Source: Rhodobacter sp. (GTDB taxonomy: Bacteria; Pseudomonadota; Alphaproteobacteria; Rhodobacterales; Rhodobacteraceae). From it: a stretch of DNA of 64,000 bases. The position numbers and the translations under genes are program-made. The notes under the pieces are model-generated. The model was given only the letters and a program-made list of their open reading frames with translations, did no database searches and was not told the origin of the DNA. Shown here piece by piece: positions 34,968-44,460 of the stretch. Position 1 is the stretch's first letter, and the number at the start of each line of letters is the position of its first letter. The stretch lies in the NCBI GenBank assembly GCA_030066215.1, contig JASJCA010000004.1, positions 1,762-65,761 of the forward strand, written 5' to 3'.

Positions 34968-37021
34968 GCACCACCCCCGATCTCGACCAACAGATTGCCC
35001 CCGGATTCGCTGCGCACGAGATCACCGGGTTCCAGCAGCACCGTCGTATCCATTTGCTCGATCACCGCCGGCCCCTCGACCACCGCCTTTGGCGGCAACC
35101 AATCCCGCCGGTACACCGGCGTCTCACGCCAGCCATCGAAATAGACCTCGCGATCTGCCACGCGCGCTTCCTGCAGCGACGCCTTCCGCCCACCAGGATC
35201 GATCAAGGTCGACAGATCCGCCGGCTCCCGTTCGCCGATCACCGATGTGTTCACGTTCACCACATTCGCGCGGATCTCGCTCAATTCGACCCTAAACCGA
35301 CGGAAATACACCTCCTCGAACAACCGCCGTAGCTCATCCCGTCCCACGTCCGGCCGCTCCAACTGCACCCGCAACAGATGCGTCTGCCCGGCAAACTGCA
35401 TATCTACCGAGTACACGAACTTGACCCCGGACAGCCGCACCGGCTCCGTCTTGATCAACGCCGCCCCCGCCGCCGCCTGCTCAGCAAACACGCCGCGCAG
35501 CAGGTCCATGTCGAGTGCATCGAGGCCGGTGTTCAACGTCCGCACGTAGTCATGCCGCAGATCCGCAACCACGCAGCCGATCGCATTGGTGATCCCCGGC
35601 CTCGGCGGGATCAACACCCGCGGAATCCCCAACTCGCGCGCCAGCGCCGAGGCATGCAACGGCCCCGCCCCGCCGAAGGCGAACAAGGCGAAATCCCGCG
35701 GGTCCGCGCCAAGCGACACCGACACCATCCGGATCGCGCCTGCCATCTTGGTGTTCGCCACCCGGATCACCGCCTCCGCCGCGCCCGTTGCTTCGAGCCC
35801 CAAGGGCCGCCCAAGCCGGTCCTCGAACACTGCCCGCACATCCTCCAACGTCACGCCGCCCTCGACCGAGGCGATCCGCGCCGGATCGAGCCGGCCGAGC
35901 AGAAGGTTCGCGTCCGAGATCGTCGGCTCCGTGCCGCCGCGCCCATAGCAGACCGGCCCCGGATCGGCCCCGGCGCTTTCCGGCCCAACTTGCAGCAGCC
36001 CCCCGGCATTGACTCGCGCGATCGACCCGCCCCCCGCGCCCACCGTGCGCACGTCGACCATCGGCACATGGATCGGCATCGCATATTCGATCTCGGTCTC
36101 GTTCGAGACAGACGGTTCCGCTCCCCGGATCAACGCCACGTCGGTCGAGGTCCCGCCCATGTCATAGGTGATCAAATCCGGCAGCCCCGCTGCGCGCCCC
36201 GCCGACGCCGCAGCGATCACGCCAGACGCGGGCCCCGACATCACCGTCTTGGCCGCCTCTTCCGCCACCCGCGCCGACGACACCATGCCGCCGTTGCCGT
36301 TCATCACCAGCAATTGCCCATGATAGCCGCCTTCCTGCAGCTCCTGCTCCAATTGCCTGATATACCGCGCCAGCAGCGGTTGCACTGAGGCATTCACCGC
36401 CGCCGTCACCCCCCGCTCGAACTCCCGGCTCTCCGACAACAGCGCATGGCCAAGCGTTTGGTATCCGTTCGGCCACACGTCCCGCAGCACCTCCGCCGCC
36501 CGCAACTCATGCCTAGGGTTCGCGTAGGCGTGCAGGAAATGCACCACCACCGCCTCGCAGCCCGCCGCCAGTAAATCTGCCGCCGCGGCCCGTAAAGCCG
36601 CCTCGTCCAAAGGCACGACCACGCGGCCCTCGGCATCCATCCGCTCGGGCACCTCCAGCCGCAGATCGCGCGGAATGATCGGCCGGAATTCGCCTTTCAT
36701 CCCATAGGCCTGCGGCCGCGTGCGCCGCCCCAGCTCCAGCACATCCCGAAAGCCTTTGGTGGTGATCAATCCGGTCTTCGAAAGCTTCCGCTCCAATACC
36801 GCATTGGTGGTCGTCGTGGTTCCGTGCACGATCAGGTCCAAGGCGCTCAGATCCGCCCTCGCCGCCTTGAGCGCATTCAGCACTCCATAGGCCTGGTTTT
36901 CCGGCGTGGAAGGCACTTTTGCGAGACGTACCGCACCGCTTTGGTGATCGATTTGCACCAGATCGGTGAAGGTCCCGCCCACATCGACGCCCACGACCTG
37001 ACCGGTTGCTTCACGCGCCAT
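34964..37021 (-). CDS. hydantoinase A / oxoprolinase family protein (HyuA-type, ATP-binding)
   Basis: ORF 34964..37075(-) trimmed to ATG 37021. VVGVDVGGTFTDLV...ITYDMGGTSTDV. Confidence 0.85.
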   Translation of the reverse strand: MAREATGQVVGVDVGGTFTDLVQIDHQSGAVRLAKVPSTPENQAYGVLNALKAARADLSALDLIVHGTTTTTNAVLERKLSKTGLITTKGFRDVLELGRRTRPQAYGMKGEFRPIIPRDLRLEVPERMDAEGRVVVPLDEAALRAAAADLLAAGCEAVVVHFLHAYANPRHELRAAEVLRDVWPNGYQTLGHALLSESREFERGVTAAVNASVQPLLARYIRQLEQELQEGGYHGQLLVMNGNGGMVSSARVAEEAAKTVMSGPASGVIAAASAGRAAGLPDLITYDMGGTSTDVALIRGAEPSVSNETEIEYAMPIHVPMVDVRTVGAGGGSIARVNAGGLLQVGPESAGADPGPVCYGRGGTEPTISDANLLLGRLDPARIASVEGGVTLEDVRAVFEDRLGRPLGLEATGAAEAVIRVANTKMAGAIRMVSVSLGADPRDFALFAFGGAGPLHASALARELGIPRVLIPPRPGITNAIGCVVADLRHDYVRTLNTGLDALDMDLLRGVFAEQAAAGAALIKTEPVRLSGVKFVYSVDMQFAGQTHLLRVQLERPDVGRDELRRLFEEVYFRRFRVELSEIRANVVNVNTSVIGEREPADLSTLIDPGGRKASLQEARVADREVYFDGWRETPVYRRDWLPPKAVVEGPAVIEQMDTTVLLEPGDLVRSESGGNLLVEIGGGA

Positions 37022-37078
37022 GCCTGAGCCGTTCCCCCCTTCACGCGGCCTGAGTGAACGCCGCGCGGGGGTCACAAG

Positions 37079-37816
37079 TCAATCCACCTCGATCCGCGCC
37101 ACCGCCGCCACCGGCTGGCCGTACCGGGCATATGCCCGATGGTCGTTCGTATTCAGCACCACCCGCACTTCGTGGGATCCCGTCGGCAACATCCCAATCC
37201 GCGCCTCGGTCCCGTACATCCGCTGCAGCTTCAGCCCGTTGAGATAGAGATGCCCATGCCCGACCCCCGGCTGATGCGGCCCATCCACGGCCTCTCGTGA
37301 GAAAACGAAGTCCGAGACCTCCAAGGACACCGCCCAGCCGTCGCCGTCGGCAGTCACCGACATCTCCAGTTCCGGCGCCTCGTCTCCTGCCTCCAGCTTC
37401 TCGCCGTGATCCATCTCCACCGCCGCGACCCGCGCCCGTGTCGCAATCTCCCCGGCGTTTTCGAAGACAAGCGTCACCGGCACTAGCCGCCCCTCGGCCA
37501 TGTCCTCGGGCAAGCCCATGAACATGCCGTGCGCCCCATCCATCGCCAGGCTGGGTGTCGACCCCGCCGGGATCGCCATCACATCCGCGCGGTCGGTCCC
37601 GGCGATCATCGTGCGCTCCGCCTCGGCCGACCCCGCCGCGATCAGCCGGTCGGGCCCGCCGGGGTTGTCGATCTTCGCGGTCAGAGCATAGCTGCTCCCC
37701 ATCGGGCTCAGCACTGCGTCGGTCACTGTGATCTCTGGCGTGCGGGGGGCCAACAGAAACACCGCGCCCGCCACTCCCAGCACCAGAATCGCCGCCAATA
37801 GACCCAAGGGTTTCAT
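37079..37816 (-). CDS. periplasmic two-domain protein: PCu(A)C-like (DUF461) N-domain plus a His-rich C-terminal beta-domain
   Basis: ORF 37079..37816(-), 245 aa. Signal/anchor MKPLGLLAAILVLGVAGAVFLLA. ...NPGGPDRLIAAGSAEAE...GAHGMFMGLPEDMAEGRLVPVTLVFENAGE parallels PCuAC (GGYHxMLMGLKxPLKxGxxVxLTLxFxxAG). The C-domain has GVGHGHLYLNG...SHEVRV...DHRAY. Confidence 0.6.
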   Translation of the reverse strand: MKPLGLLAAILVLGVAGAVFLLAPRTPEITVTDAVLSPMGSSYALTAKIDNPGGPDRLIAAGSAEAERTMIAGTDRADVMAIPAGSTPSLAMDGAHGMFMGLPEDMAEGRLVPVTLVFENAGEIATRARVAAVEMDHGEKLEAGDEAPELEMSVTADGDGWAVSLEVSDFVFSREAVDGPHQPGVGHGHLYLNGLKLQRMYGTEARIGMLPTGSHEVRVVLNTNDHRAYARYGQPVAAVARIEVD

Positions 37817-37844
37817 CGCCAGCCCCCGCCCGTATCATGCACCC

Positions 37845-39245
37845 ATGCAGCCTAGGCGAATTCTCAAGCAGCTCCAACTTGGCCTTGCCCTGGCCTCCGC
37901 CCCGGCCGCCCAGGCGCATGCCCACGCCTCCGAGCAATCGCTCGTCCTGCTGCTGCCCACCGACATCTACACCGGCGCCGGAGTCGCCGCCGTGGCGGCC
38001 ACCGTCGTCTTGCTCGCTTTGCTCCCCGCTGGCGCCATGGCCCGCCTCTACCGCCCCATTCCGCTCACCCGCCTGTCGCTCAAAGCGCTTAAACCCTTCA
38101 CCAGCCTCGCCGCCTTCGCCTTGCTCGCCCTCCTGGTCTGGGCCGGCCTTACCGGTCCGCGCGATCCGCTGTCGAACCCGCTGCCGCTGTTCGTCTGGAC
38201 GGTCTATTGGATTGGCTTCATCACACTGCAAGCCACGCTTGGCGACCTCTGGGCCTACCTCAATCCCTGGACCGGCCCGTTCTGGCTCGCCCGCAAGCTC
38301 TTCCGCCCCTGGAGCTACGCCCGCCTGCCGCCCGAGCTTGGCCACACCTTGGGCATCATCGCGTTCCTCGGCTTCGCCTACCTGCTTTTGGCCGACCCCG
38401 CGCCGTCCGACCCCGACCGGCTCGCCCGTTCCGTCGCCACTTACTGGCTCTTCACCTTCGCCCTGACCTTGATCTACGGCCACCGCTGGCTGCAACGCGC
38501 CGAGGGCTTCGGCCTGATGGCCCGCGCCTATGCCCGCCTGGCGATCTTCGGCCGCTGGAAGGGCAAACTCCACGCCGGCCTGCCCGGCTGGCAAGTCCTG
38601 CACAAACGCCCGTTCCCGCTCGGCCCCTCGTTGCTGATCGTGATCCTCCTCGCCACCGGCAGCTTCGATGGCTTGAACGAGACCTTCTGGTGGCTCGGCC
38701 TGATCAACATCAACCCGCTCGAGTTCCCCGGCCGCTCCGCCGTCGTCTGGCAATCCACCCTTGGCCTTCTCGCCAGCAACGCCGCCCTGATCGCCGTGAT
38801 GGCCGTCACCATCGCCCTAGGCCTGCGCCTCATTGGCGCCCGCACGGGCATTGCACAGGGCCTCCGCCTCTTCGCCCCGTCGATCCTGCCCATCGCGCTC
38901 GGCTATCACATCGCCCACTACCTGCCGAGCTTCCTGGTCGACGGCCAATACGCTCTCGTCGCCCTCTCCGACCCATTCCTCACCGGCGCCGACTATCTGG
39001 GCCTCGGCCAGTTCTACGTCACCACCGGTTTCTTCAACACCACCGCCACCGTCCGGGTGATCTTCCTCAGCCAAGCCGGCGCCGTCGTCGCGGGCCACAT
39101 CCTCGCCGTCATGCTCGCCCACGCCATCGCCGTCCGCGATTTCGGCACCACCCGCGGCGCCGCGCTTAGCCAAGCCCCGCTGGCCGCCTTCATGATCGCC
39201 TACACCCTCTTCGGCCTCTGGCTGCTCGCCTCCCCGCGCTTTTGA
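37845..39245 (+). CDS. polytopic inner-membrane protein of unknown function
   Basis: In-frame part of ORF 37728..39245(+), from ATG 37845. About 10 hydrophobic spans. N-terminus MQPRRILKQLQLGLALASAPAAQAHAHASEQS. The competing 570-aa antisense ORF 37041..38753 is Gly/Glu/Arg-rich shadow sequence. Confidence 0.65.
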   Translation: MQPRRILKQLQLGLALASAPAAQAHAHASEQSLVLLLPTDIYTGAGVAAVAATVVLLALLPAGAMARLYRPIPLTRLSLKALKPFTSLAAFALLALLVWAGLTGPRDPLSNPLPLFVWTVYWIGFITLQATLGDLWAYLNPWTGPFWLARKLFRPWSYARLPPELGHTLGIIAFLGFAYLLLADPAPSDPDRLARSVATYWLFTFALTLIYGHRWLQRAEGFGLMARAYARLAIFGRWKGKLHAGLPGWQVLHKRPFPLGPSLLIVILLATGSFDGLNETFWWLGLININPLEFPGRSAVVWQSTLGLLASNAALIAVMAVTIALGLRLIGARTGIAQGLRLFAPSILPIALGYHIAHYLPSFLVDGQYALVALSDPFLTGADYLGLGQFYVTTGFFNTTATVRVIFLSQAGAVVAGHILAVMLAHAIAVRDFGTTRGAALSQAPLAAFMIAYTLFGLWLLASPRF

Positions 39246-39339
39246 GCACCAGAAAAACGTAGACAGACCAAAAACCGCTTTGCACACTCCCTATGGACAT
39301 GGCCCGCGTTAGCTGGGCGATAGACCGGGGGGTACTAAT

Positions 39340-40611
39340 ATGACCAATCAAACACGCCGCACCGCACTGAAAACACTCGCCGCCGGCACCGCCGCCGCCA
39401 CGCTCCCGCTCTGGGCCCGCTACACCCACGCCCAGTCCGCCGCGCCAATCAAGATCGGCTTCCAGCAGCACGTCACCGGCATCGGCGCGGCGTACGGCCG
39501 CTGGTACGGCCGCACAACGCAAGCCGCCGCCACGCTGATCAACGAAACCGGCGGGATCAACGGCAGGCCCGTCGAGATCGTCGCCGAGGATGACGGCACC
39601 GACCCTAAACGCGGCGCGGAAGTGGTGGAGAAATTCGCCACCCAGCACAATTGCGACGTCGGCTTCGGCACGCTCTTTTCCCACGTCGTCATCGGCTCAG
39701 CCCCCCGCGCGGGCGAGCTCAAGCTGCCGTATTTCGTCGTCTCCGAAGGCCACCACGTCGCCAGCGGCATGCTCAATCGCTACACGCTGCAGCCCGGCAT
39801 CACCGACGTCAAATCCCAGGTACAGGCCATGGCGCCTTACGTCCACGCCTCGCTCGGCAAGAAGGTCACCATGATCTTCCCCGACTTCGCCTTCGGCCAC
39901 GATCACCGCGACTATTTCTCCGCCGCGATGGAGGCCCAAGGCGGCGAGATCCTCGCCAAGATCGCGATTCCGCCGACCGAGACGTCGTTCACCAAATACT
40001 TCCCCAAGATCCCCCGCGACACCGAGGTGCTCTACCACGTCATGGTCGGCCCTGCCGTCCTGACCTTCGTCAAGGAACTCGGCGAGTTCTTCGGGCCCTC
40101 GGCGCCCGCAATCTTCGGCTTCATCGACTCGCTGGAAGCCGTCGACATCACCTCCCCTGGCCTCGAATTCCTCGAGGGCAGCTATTTCTGGGAGGGCAAT
40201 CCGAGATACGCCCAGGCCGACCAGTCCGAGCACGACGCCTTCTACCGGAGCCGTGTCGGCGTCGACGCCAACGGCGCCAGCGTCACCGACCCCACGGATG
40301 TCTCGACCTACGCCCACATGTTCGGCTGCTGGGAGACGCTGCATGTCATCAAGGCCGGTATGGAGGCCGCGAATTACCAGGGACCGGATGACCGCGGGGC
40401 CCTGATCGAGGCCGTCGAGGCCATGACCGACATGCCCGAGAGCCGGGAACACCCCCAGGGCGCCAAGGTTTTTAACGGTAAGACCCACCAAGTCTTCGGC
40501 CACCAATACATCAGCCGGGTAGAGGGCGGCCGGTTGAACGTCGTGCACACCACGTCGATCGAAGACACGCTTTACCCCGACGAGGTGGATTACACGACGC
40601 AGCCGCTCTGA
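39340..40611 (+). CDS. LIV/amide-type ABC transporter substrate-binding protein with a Tat-type signal peptide
   Basis: ORF 39340..40611(+). MTNQTRRTALKTLAAGTAAATLPLWARYTHA (twin-Arg). Type I PBP (IKIGFQQHVTGIGAAYG...GGINGRPVEIVAEDDGTDP). Confidence 0.85.
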   Translation: MTNQTRRTALKTLAAGTAAATLPLWARYTHAQSAAPIKIGFQQHVTGIGAAYGRWYGRTTQAAATLINETGGINGRPVEIVAEDDGTDPKRGAEVVEKFATQHNCDVGFGTLFSHVVIGSAPRAGELKLPYFVVSEGHHVASGMLNRYTLQPGITDVKSQVQAMAPYVHASLGKKVTMIFPDFAFGHDHRDYFSAAMEAQGGEILAKIAIPPTETSFTKYFPKIPRDTEVLYHVMVGPAVLTFVKELGEFFGPSAPAIFGFIDSLEAVDITSPGLEFLEGSYFWEGNPRYAQADQSEHDAFYRSRVGVDANGASVTDPTDVSTYAHMFGCWETLHVIKAGMEAANYQGPDDRGALIEAVEAMTDMPESREHPQGAKVFNGKTHQVFGHQYISRVEGGRLNVVHTTSIEDTLYPDEVDYTTQPL

Positions 40612-40716
40612 GCCTATAACCGCTCCGGACCTGATCCGGGCCTTCCGGCCTCGACATCGCGTTCCGTAGAGAGCGAGAGCGAGTTGCAGAAAGGCCGGAT
40701 TCGGCTAACCGGGCGC

Positions 40717-41757
40717 TCAACCCTCGCCCGTCGCCATCAGCTTGGCCCGGTATTCGGTCTGCATCCCAATCATCCAACCCGGGTATTCCGCCGGCAGCCG
40801 CGTCGCCGCGTCGAGTGCCGCCAGATCCTCGTCAGATAGCGCGACCGCCACCGCGCCGATGTTGTCGGTCAGCTGATCGACCCGCTTTGCGCCCACCAGA
40901 ACGCTGGTCACCGCCATTTGGTGCAAGAGCCACGCAATCGCCACCTGCGGCACCGAACAGCCTTTGTCCGCCGCGATCCGGCGCATCACGTCAACCGCGT
41001 CGAATGCCCGGTCCTTGTCGAGCGGCGGGAAGTCGAAATTGACGCGCCGGCCCTCGGCGGTCTTGCCGTCGCGGTCGAACTTGCCCGACAGGAACCCGCC
41101 GGCCAGCGGGCTCCACACCATCAGACCGACACCCTCGGACACGAGCATCGGCACGATCTCACGCTCCAGATCGCGGCCCGCCACCGAGTAGTAGGCCTGC
41201 AGCGACACCACCGGTGCGAGGTGCCGCGCCTGGGCGATCCCGACCGCCTTCATCACCTGCCAGGCCGCCCAGTTCGACAACCCGACGTAGCGCACATGCC
41301 CGTGGCGGACGAGCGTATCCAGCGCCTCCAGCGTCTCGACAATCGGCGTCGCGGGGTCGAAGCCGTGGATCTGATAGAGGTCGATGTGGTCGAGCTGCAA
41401 CCGCCGCAGGCTGGCCTTCGCCTGGTCGAGGATATGCCCGCGCGAGGCCCCACGAGCGTTCGGGCCCGCGCCCATCGCCCCGTGCACCTTGGTCGCGATC
41501 ACCACCTCTTCGCGCGCCACGCCGAGGGTCTTCAGCGACCGCCCGAGGATCTCTTCGCTGCGGCCGCCGGCATAGACATTGGCCGTGTCGATGAAATTGA
41601 TGCCTGCGTCCAGTGCCGTCCGCACCAGCGCGTCCGCCTCGTCCTGCTGCAATTGGCCGATCTGCCCCCACAAGTCGTCGCCGCCGCCGAAGGTCATGGT
41701 GCCGAGGCAGAGCTCGGAGACGAAGAGGCCGCTTTGGCCGAGCCGATTGAAACGCAT
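40717..41757 (-). CDS. aldo/keto reductase
   Basis: ORF 40717..41757(-). ATG is preceded by AAGGAG. LGTMTFGG...IDTANVYAGGRSEEILG...DLYQIHGFD...GLSNW. Confidence 0.88.
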   Translation of the reverse strand: MRFNRLGQSGLFVSELCLGTMTFGGGDDLWGQIGQLQQDEADALVRTALDAGINFIDTANVYAGGRSEEILGRSLKTLGVAREEVVIATKVHGAMGAGPNARGASRGHILDQAKASLRRLQLDHIDLYQIHGFDPATPIVETLEALDTLVRHGHVRYVGLSNWAAWQVMKAVGIAQARHLAPVVSLQAYYSVAGRDLEREIVPMLVSEGVGLMVWSPLAGGFLSGKFDRDGKTAEGRRVNFDFPPLDKDRAFDAVDVMRRIAADKGCSVPQVAIAWLLHQMAVTSVLVGAKRVDQLTDNIGAVAVALSDEDLAALDAATRLPAEYPGWMIGMQTEYRAKLMATGEG

Positions 41758-41897
41758 GACTTGTCTCCTTTTATCGGAATGGGGGGCCGCGGTTCAGCCT
41801 GGCAGAAACGCCCGGCGTCTTGCAAGTGCCGCCGCATGGGCCCGCCGCGGCAGGAATTCCCTTGCCCGGCCAAGACATGGAGGGCAACGTCGAGGCC

Positions 41898-42821
41898 ATG
41901 GAATTCGGCCCCTACCTGATGCTCGCCTCGCTGGAAGGCGCCGTGACGGCCGCCGTCCTTGCGCTGACCGCCGTCGGGCTGTCGCTGGTCTTCGGTGTCA
42001 TGCGGGTCGTCAACGTGGCGCATGGCGAGTTCTTCATGCTCGGCGCCGTCTTGGCCTGGGCCGTGGCAAGTGCGGTCGGCGGTCCCCCCGCGCTTGGATT
42101 TCTCGCCGCTTTGCTCGTCGCGCCGATCGCCGTCGGCCTGATCGCCGCCGCAGCCGACATGACGATCCTGAAGCGCGTGGAATACGACCCCGAGCGCACC
42201 ATCGTCGTCACCATCGGGCTTCTCTACATCATCCAGCAGGCCACGCTGATGACCTACGGTCCCGAGGCCCGGCCCGTCGAGCCGCCGTTCAACGCCCGCC
42301 TTGCGCTGCCCTGGATCACGTGGGACGGGGGCCCGCGCCTCTACTGGCCCTGGGGGCTGTCGACCACCACCTACAAGCTCGCTGTCATCGGCGCCGCCGT
42401 CGCCGTCCTGCTCGGCGTCTGGCTGCTGATGACGCGCACGAAGATCGGTCTGATCATGCGGGCGACCCAGCTCGACCGCGAGATGGCGCAGGCCTTCGGA
42501 ATCCCAGTCGAGCGCATCTACGCCCTGGTCTTCGGTCTTGGCGCCGGGCTGGCGGCGCTTGGAGCGGTGCTGATCGTGCCGATCCAGCAGGCGCACTACC
42601 TGATGGGCGGCGATCCCCTGCTGTTGAGCTTCATCGTCGTCATCATCGGCGGGCTCGGCAGCCTGCCCGGCACCGTCGTCGCCGCAATTCTGATCGGCAT
42701 GTCGGACGGCATCATCAGCGTGTTTTTCACCCCGACGCTGGCGAAGATCCTCGCCACGCTCTTGGTCGCACTAGTGCTGGTGTTCCGCCCGCAAGGCCTT
42801 TTCGGCGCCCGGCCGGCATGA
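41898..42821 (+). CDS. branched-chain amino acid-type ABC transporter permease (LivH-type)
   Basis: ORF 41820..42821(+). I prefer ATG 41898, 12 nt after GGAGGG; ATG 41877 is the alternative. ...AVGLSLVFGVMRVVNVAHGEF.... Confidence 0.85.
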   Translation: MEFGPYLMLASLEGAVTAAVLALTAVGLSLVFGVMRVVNVAHGEFFMLGAVLAWAVASAVGGPPALGFLAALLVAPIAVGLIAAAADMTILKRVEYDPERTIVVTIGLLYIIQQATLMTYGPEARPVEPPFNARLALPWITWDGGPRLYWPWGLSTTTYKLAVIGAAVAVLLGVWLLMTRTKIGLIMRATQLDREMAQAFGIPVERIYALVFGLGAGLAALGAVLIVPIQQAHYLMGGDPLLLSFIVVIIGGLGSLPGTVVAAILIGMSDGIISVFFTPTLAKILATLLVALVLVFRPQGLFGARPA

Positions 42822-43762
42822 GCGACGCCGGGAAATCGCTGGCCCTGCATCTGGGCCTGCTGGCGCTGCTTTTCGCCCTGCAATTCGTGCTGCCGGCCTA
42901 TCACCACGGCAATCTCAGCCGGATCATGGTGCTGGCCACCTACGCCATCGGATACAACCTGCTATTCGGCTATACCGGGCTCTTGAGCCTCGGCCACGCC
43001 ATGTTCTTCGCCGCCGGCATGTACGGCATGGGGCTGACGATCCGGCACTTGGGCCTGAGCCCCGGCCCGGCGCTGCTGATCGGCGTGCTGTCGGGCCTGG
43101 CGCTGTCGGCCGCCGTCGGCGCGCTGGCGTTGCGCACCGCCGGGGTCGCCTTCATGATCGTCACGCTGATGTTCGCGCAAGCCGGCTATCTAATCATCCT
43201 CTATTTCGGCGACTGGACCCGGGGCGACGAGGGCTTCGTCATCCAGCAGGCACAGCGCGTGCTGTGGGGCATCGACCTCAGCCAGCCCACCGCCCGCTAT
43301 TTCGCCGCCTGGACGCTTTTCGCCACCTGCCTGATCCTGTCGCTGCGGCTGATCCGCCATCCCTTCGGCAAGACCCTGATCGCGATCCGCGAGAACGAGG
43401 ACCGGGCCCGGATGCTGGGCTACGACACCTTCCGCCACAAGCTCGGCGCGGTGGTGCTGTCGGGCACGATCTCGGCCGCCGCCGGGGCCGCCTACGGCCT
43501 GCTTTTCGGCTATGCCGGGGCCAGCTTTGCCACCGTGCAGTACTCGATCCTGCCGCTCTTGTGGGTCCTGCTCGGCGGCGCCGGCACGTTGATCGGGCCG
43601 TTCCTGGGCACGCTCTTCACCTTCTACCTGATCGACATCGCCAGCGGGCTGACCACCGCCTATATGCTGGTGGTCGGCGTGGTGCTTGTGTTGATCACGC
43701 TTTTTGCGCGGCAGGGCATTGGCGGCGAGATCCGCGCCCGGGTCTGGGCCTGGCTGCCGTGA
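42818..43762 (+). CDS. branched-chain amino acid-type ABC transporter permease (LivM-type)
   Basis: In-frame 3' part of ORF 41579..43762(+), from ATG 42818 (ATGA overlap). ...YNLLFGYTGLLSLGHAMFFAAGMYG.... Confidence 0.85.
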   Translation: MSDAGKSLALHLGLLALLFALQFVLPAYHHGNLSRIMVLATYAIGYNLLFGYTGLLSLGHAMFFAAGMYGMGLTIRHLGLSPGPALLIGVLSGLALSAAVGALALRTAGVAFMIVTLMFAQAGYLIILYFGDWTRGDEGFVIQQAQRVLWGIDLSQPTARYFAAWTLFATCLILSLRLIRHPFGKTLIAIRENEDRARMLGYDTFRHKLGAVVLSGTISAAAGAAYGLLFGYAGASFATVQYSILPLLWVLLGGAGTLIGPFLGTLFTFYLIDIASGLTTAYMLVVGVVLVLITLFARQGIGGEIRARVWAWLP

Positions 43763-44460
43763 CGCTATTGAGCACCCGGCGGCTGTCCAAGGATTTCGGC
43801 GGCCTGCACGCCGTGCGCGGAGTCGATTTCGACCTGCCCGAGGGCCAGATCCGCGCGTTGATCGGTCCCAATGGTGCCGGCAAGACCACCTTCGTCGGCC
43901 TGGTCTGCGGTCGCATCGCGCCGACTTCGGGATCGGTGCGCTTCGCTGGCGACGACATCTCGCGCCTGCCCGCACACCGGCGCATCCGCCTCGGGATCGC
44001 CTATACCTTCCAGATCACCAGCGTCTTCGCCCGGCTCACCTGCGGTGAAAATGTCGCCCTGGCCGTGCGCCGCCGCGGCGGCGATCCGGACCGCGAGGTC
44101 CCCGCGGCGCTGGACCGCGTGGCACTGGCCGCGCACCGCCACCGCCTGGCCGGCGATCTCAGCTACGGCCACCAGCGGCTTTTGGAAATCGCCATGGGCC
44201 TGGCGCAATCCCCGCGCCTGTTGATCCTCGACGAGCCCACCCAAGGCCTGTCCGACAGCGAGATCGAGGCGTTCAAATCGCTGATCCGCGAACTCGGCGG
44301 CCAGACCACGATTCTGCTCATCGAACATAACATGAGCGTGGTGATGGAGACCGCCGACATCGTCACCGTGCTGAATTTCGGCGAAGTCTTGGCCGAGGGG
44401 CCGCCCGAGGCGATCCGCGCCGACCGCGCCGTTCAGGCCGCCTATCTGGGGACCGGATAG
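43759..44460 (+). CDS. ABC transporter ATP-binding protein (LivG-type)
   Basis: In-frame part of ORF 43264..44460(+), from GTG 43759 (GTGA overlap). GPNGAGKTT, LSYGHQRLLEIA, LILDEPTQG. Confidence 0.85.
   Translation: MTLLSTRRLSKDFGGLHAVRGVDFDLPEGQIRALIGPNGAGKTTFVGLVCGRIAPTSGSVRFAGDDISRLPAHRRIRLGIAYTFQITSVFARLTCGENVALAVRRRGGDPDREVPAALDRVALAAHRHRLAGDLSYGHQRLLEIAMGLAQSPRLLILDEPTQGLSDSEIEAFKSLIRELGGQTTILLIEHNMSVVMETADIVTVLNFGEVLAEGPPEAIRADRAVQAAYLGTG

Noticed and set aside
41579-42817. The 5' 1.2 kb of the 727-aa ORF 41579..43762, which would extend LivM upstream across livH.
   Set aside because: The upstream part is Arg/Pro/Ala-rich shadow sequence overlapping the genuine LivH frame. The LivM-like sequence begins at ATG 42818 with an ATGA overlap.
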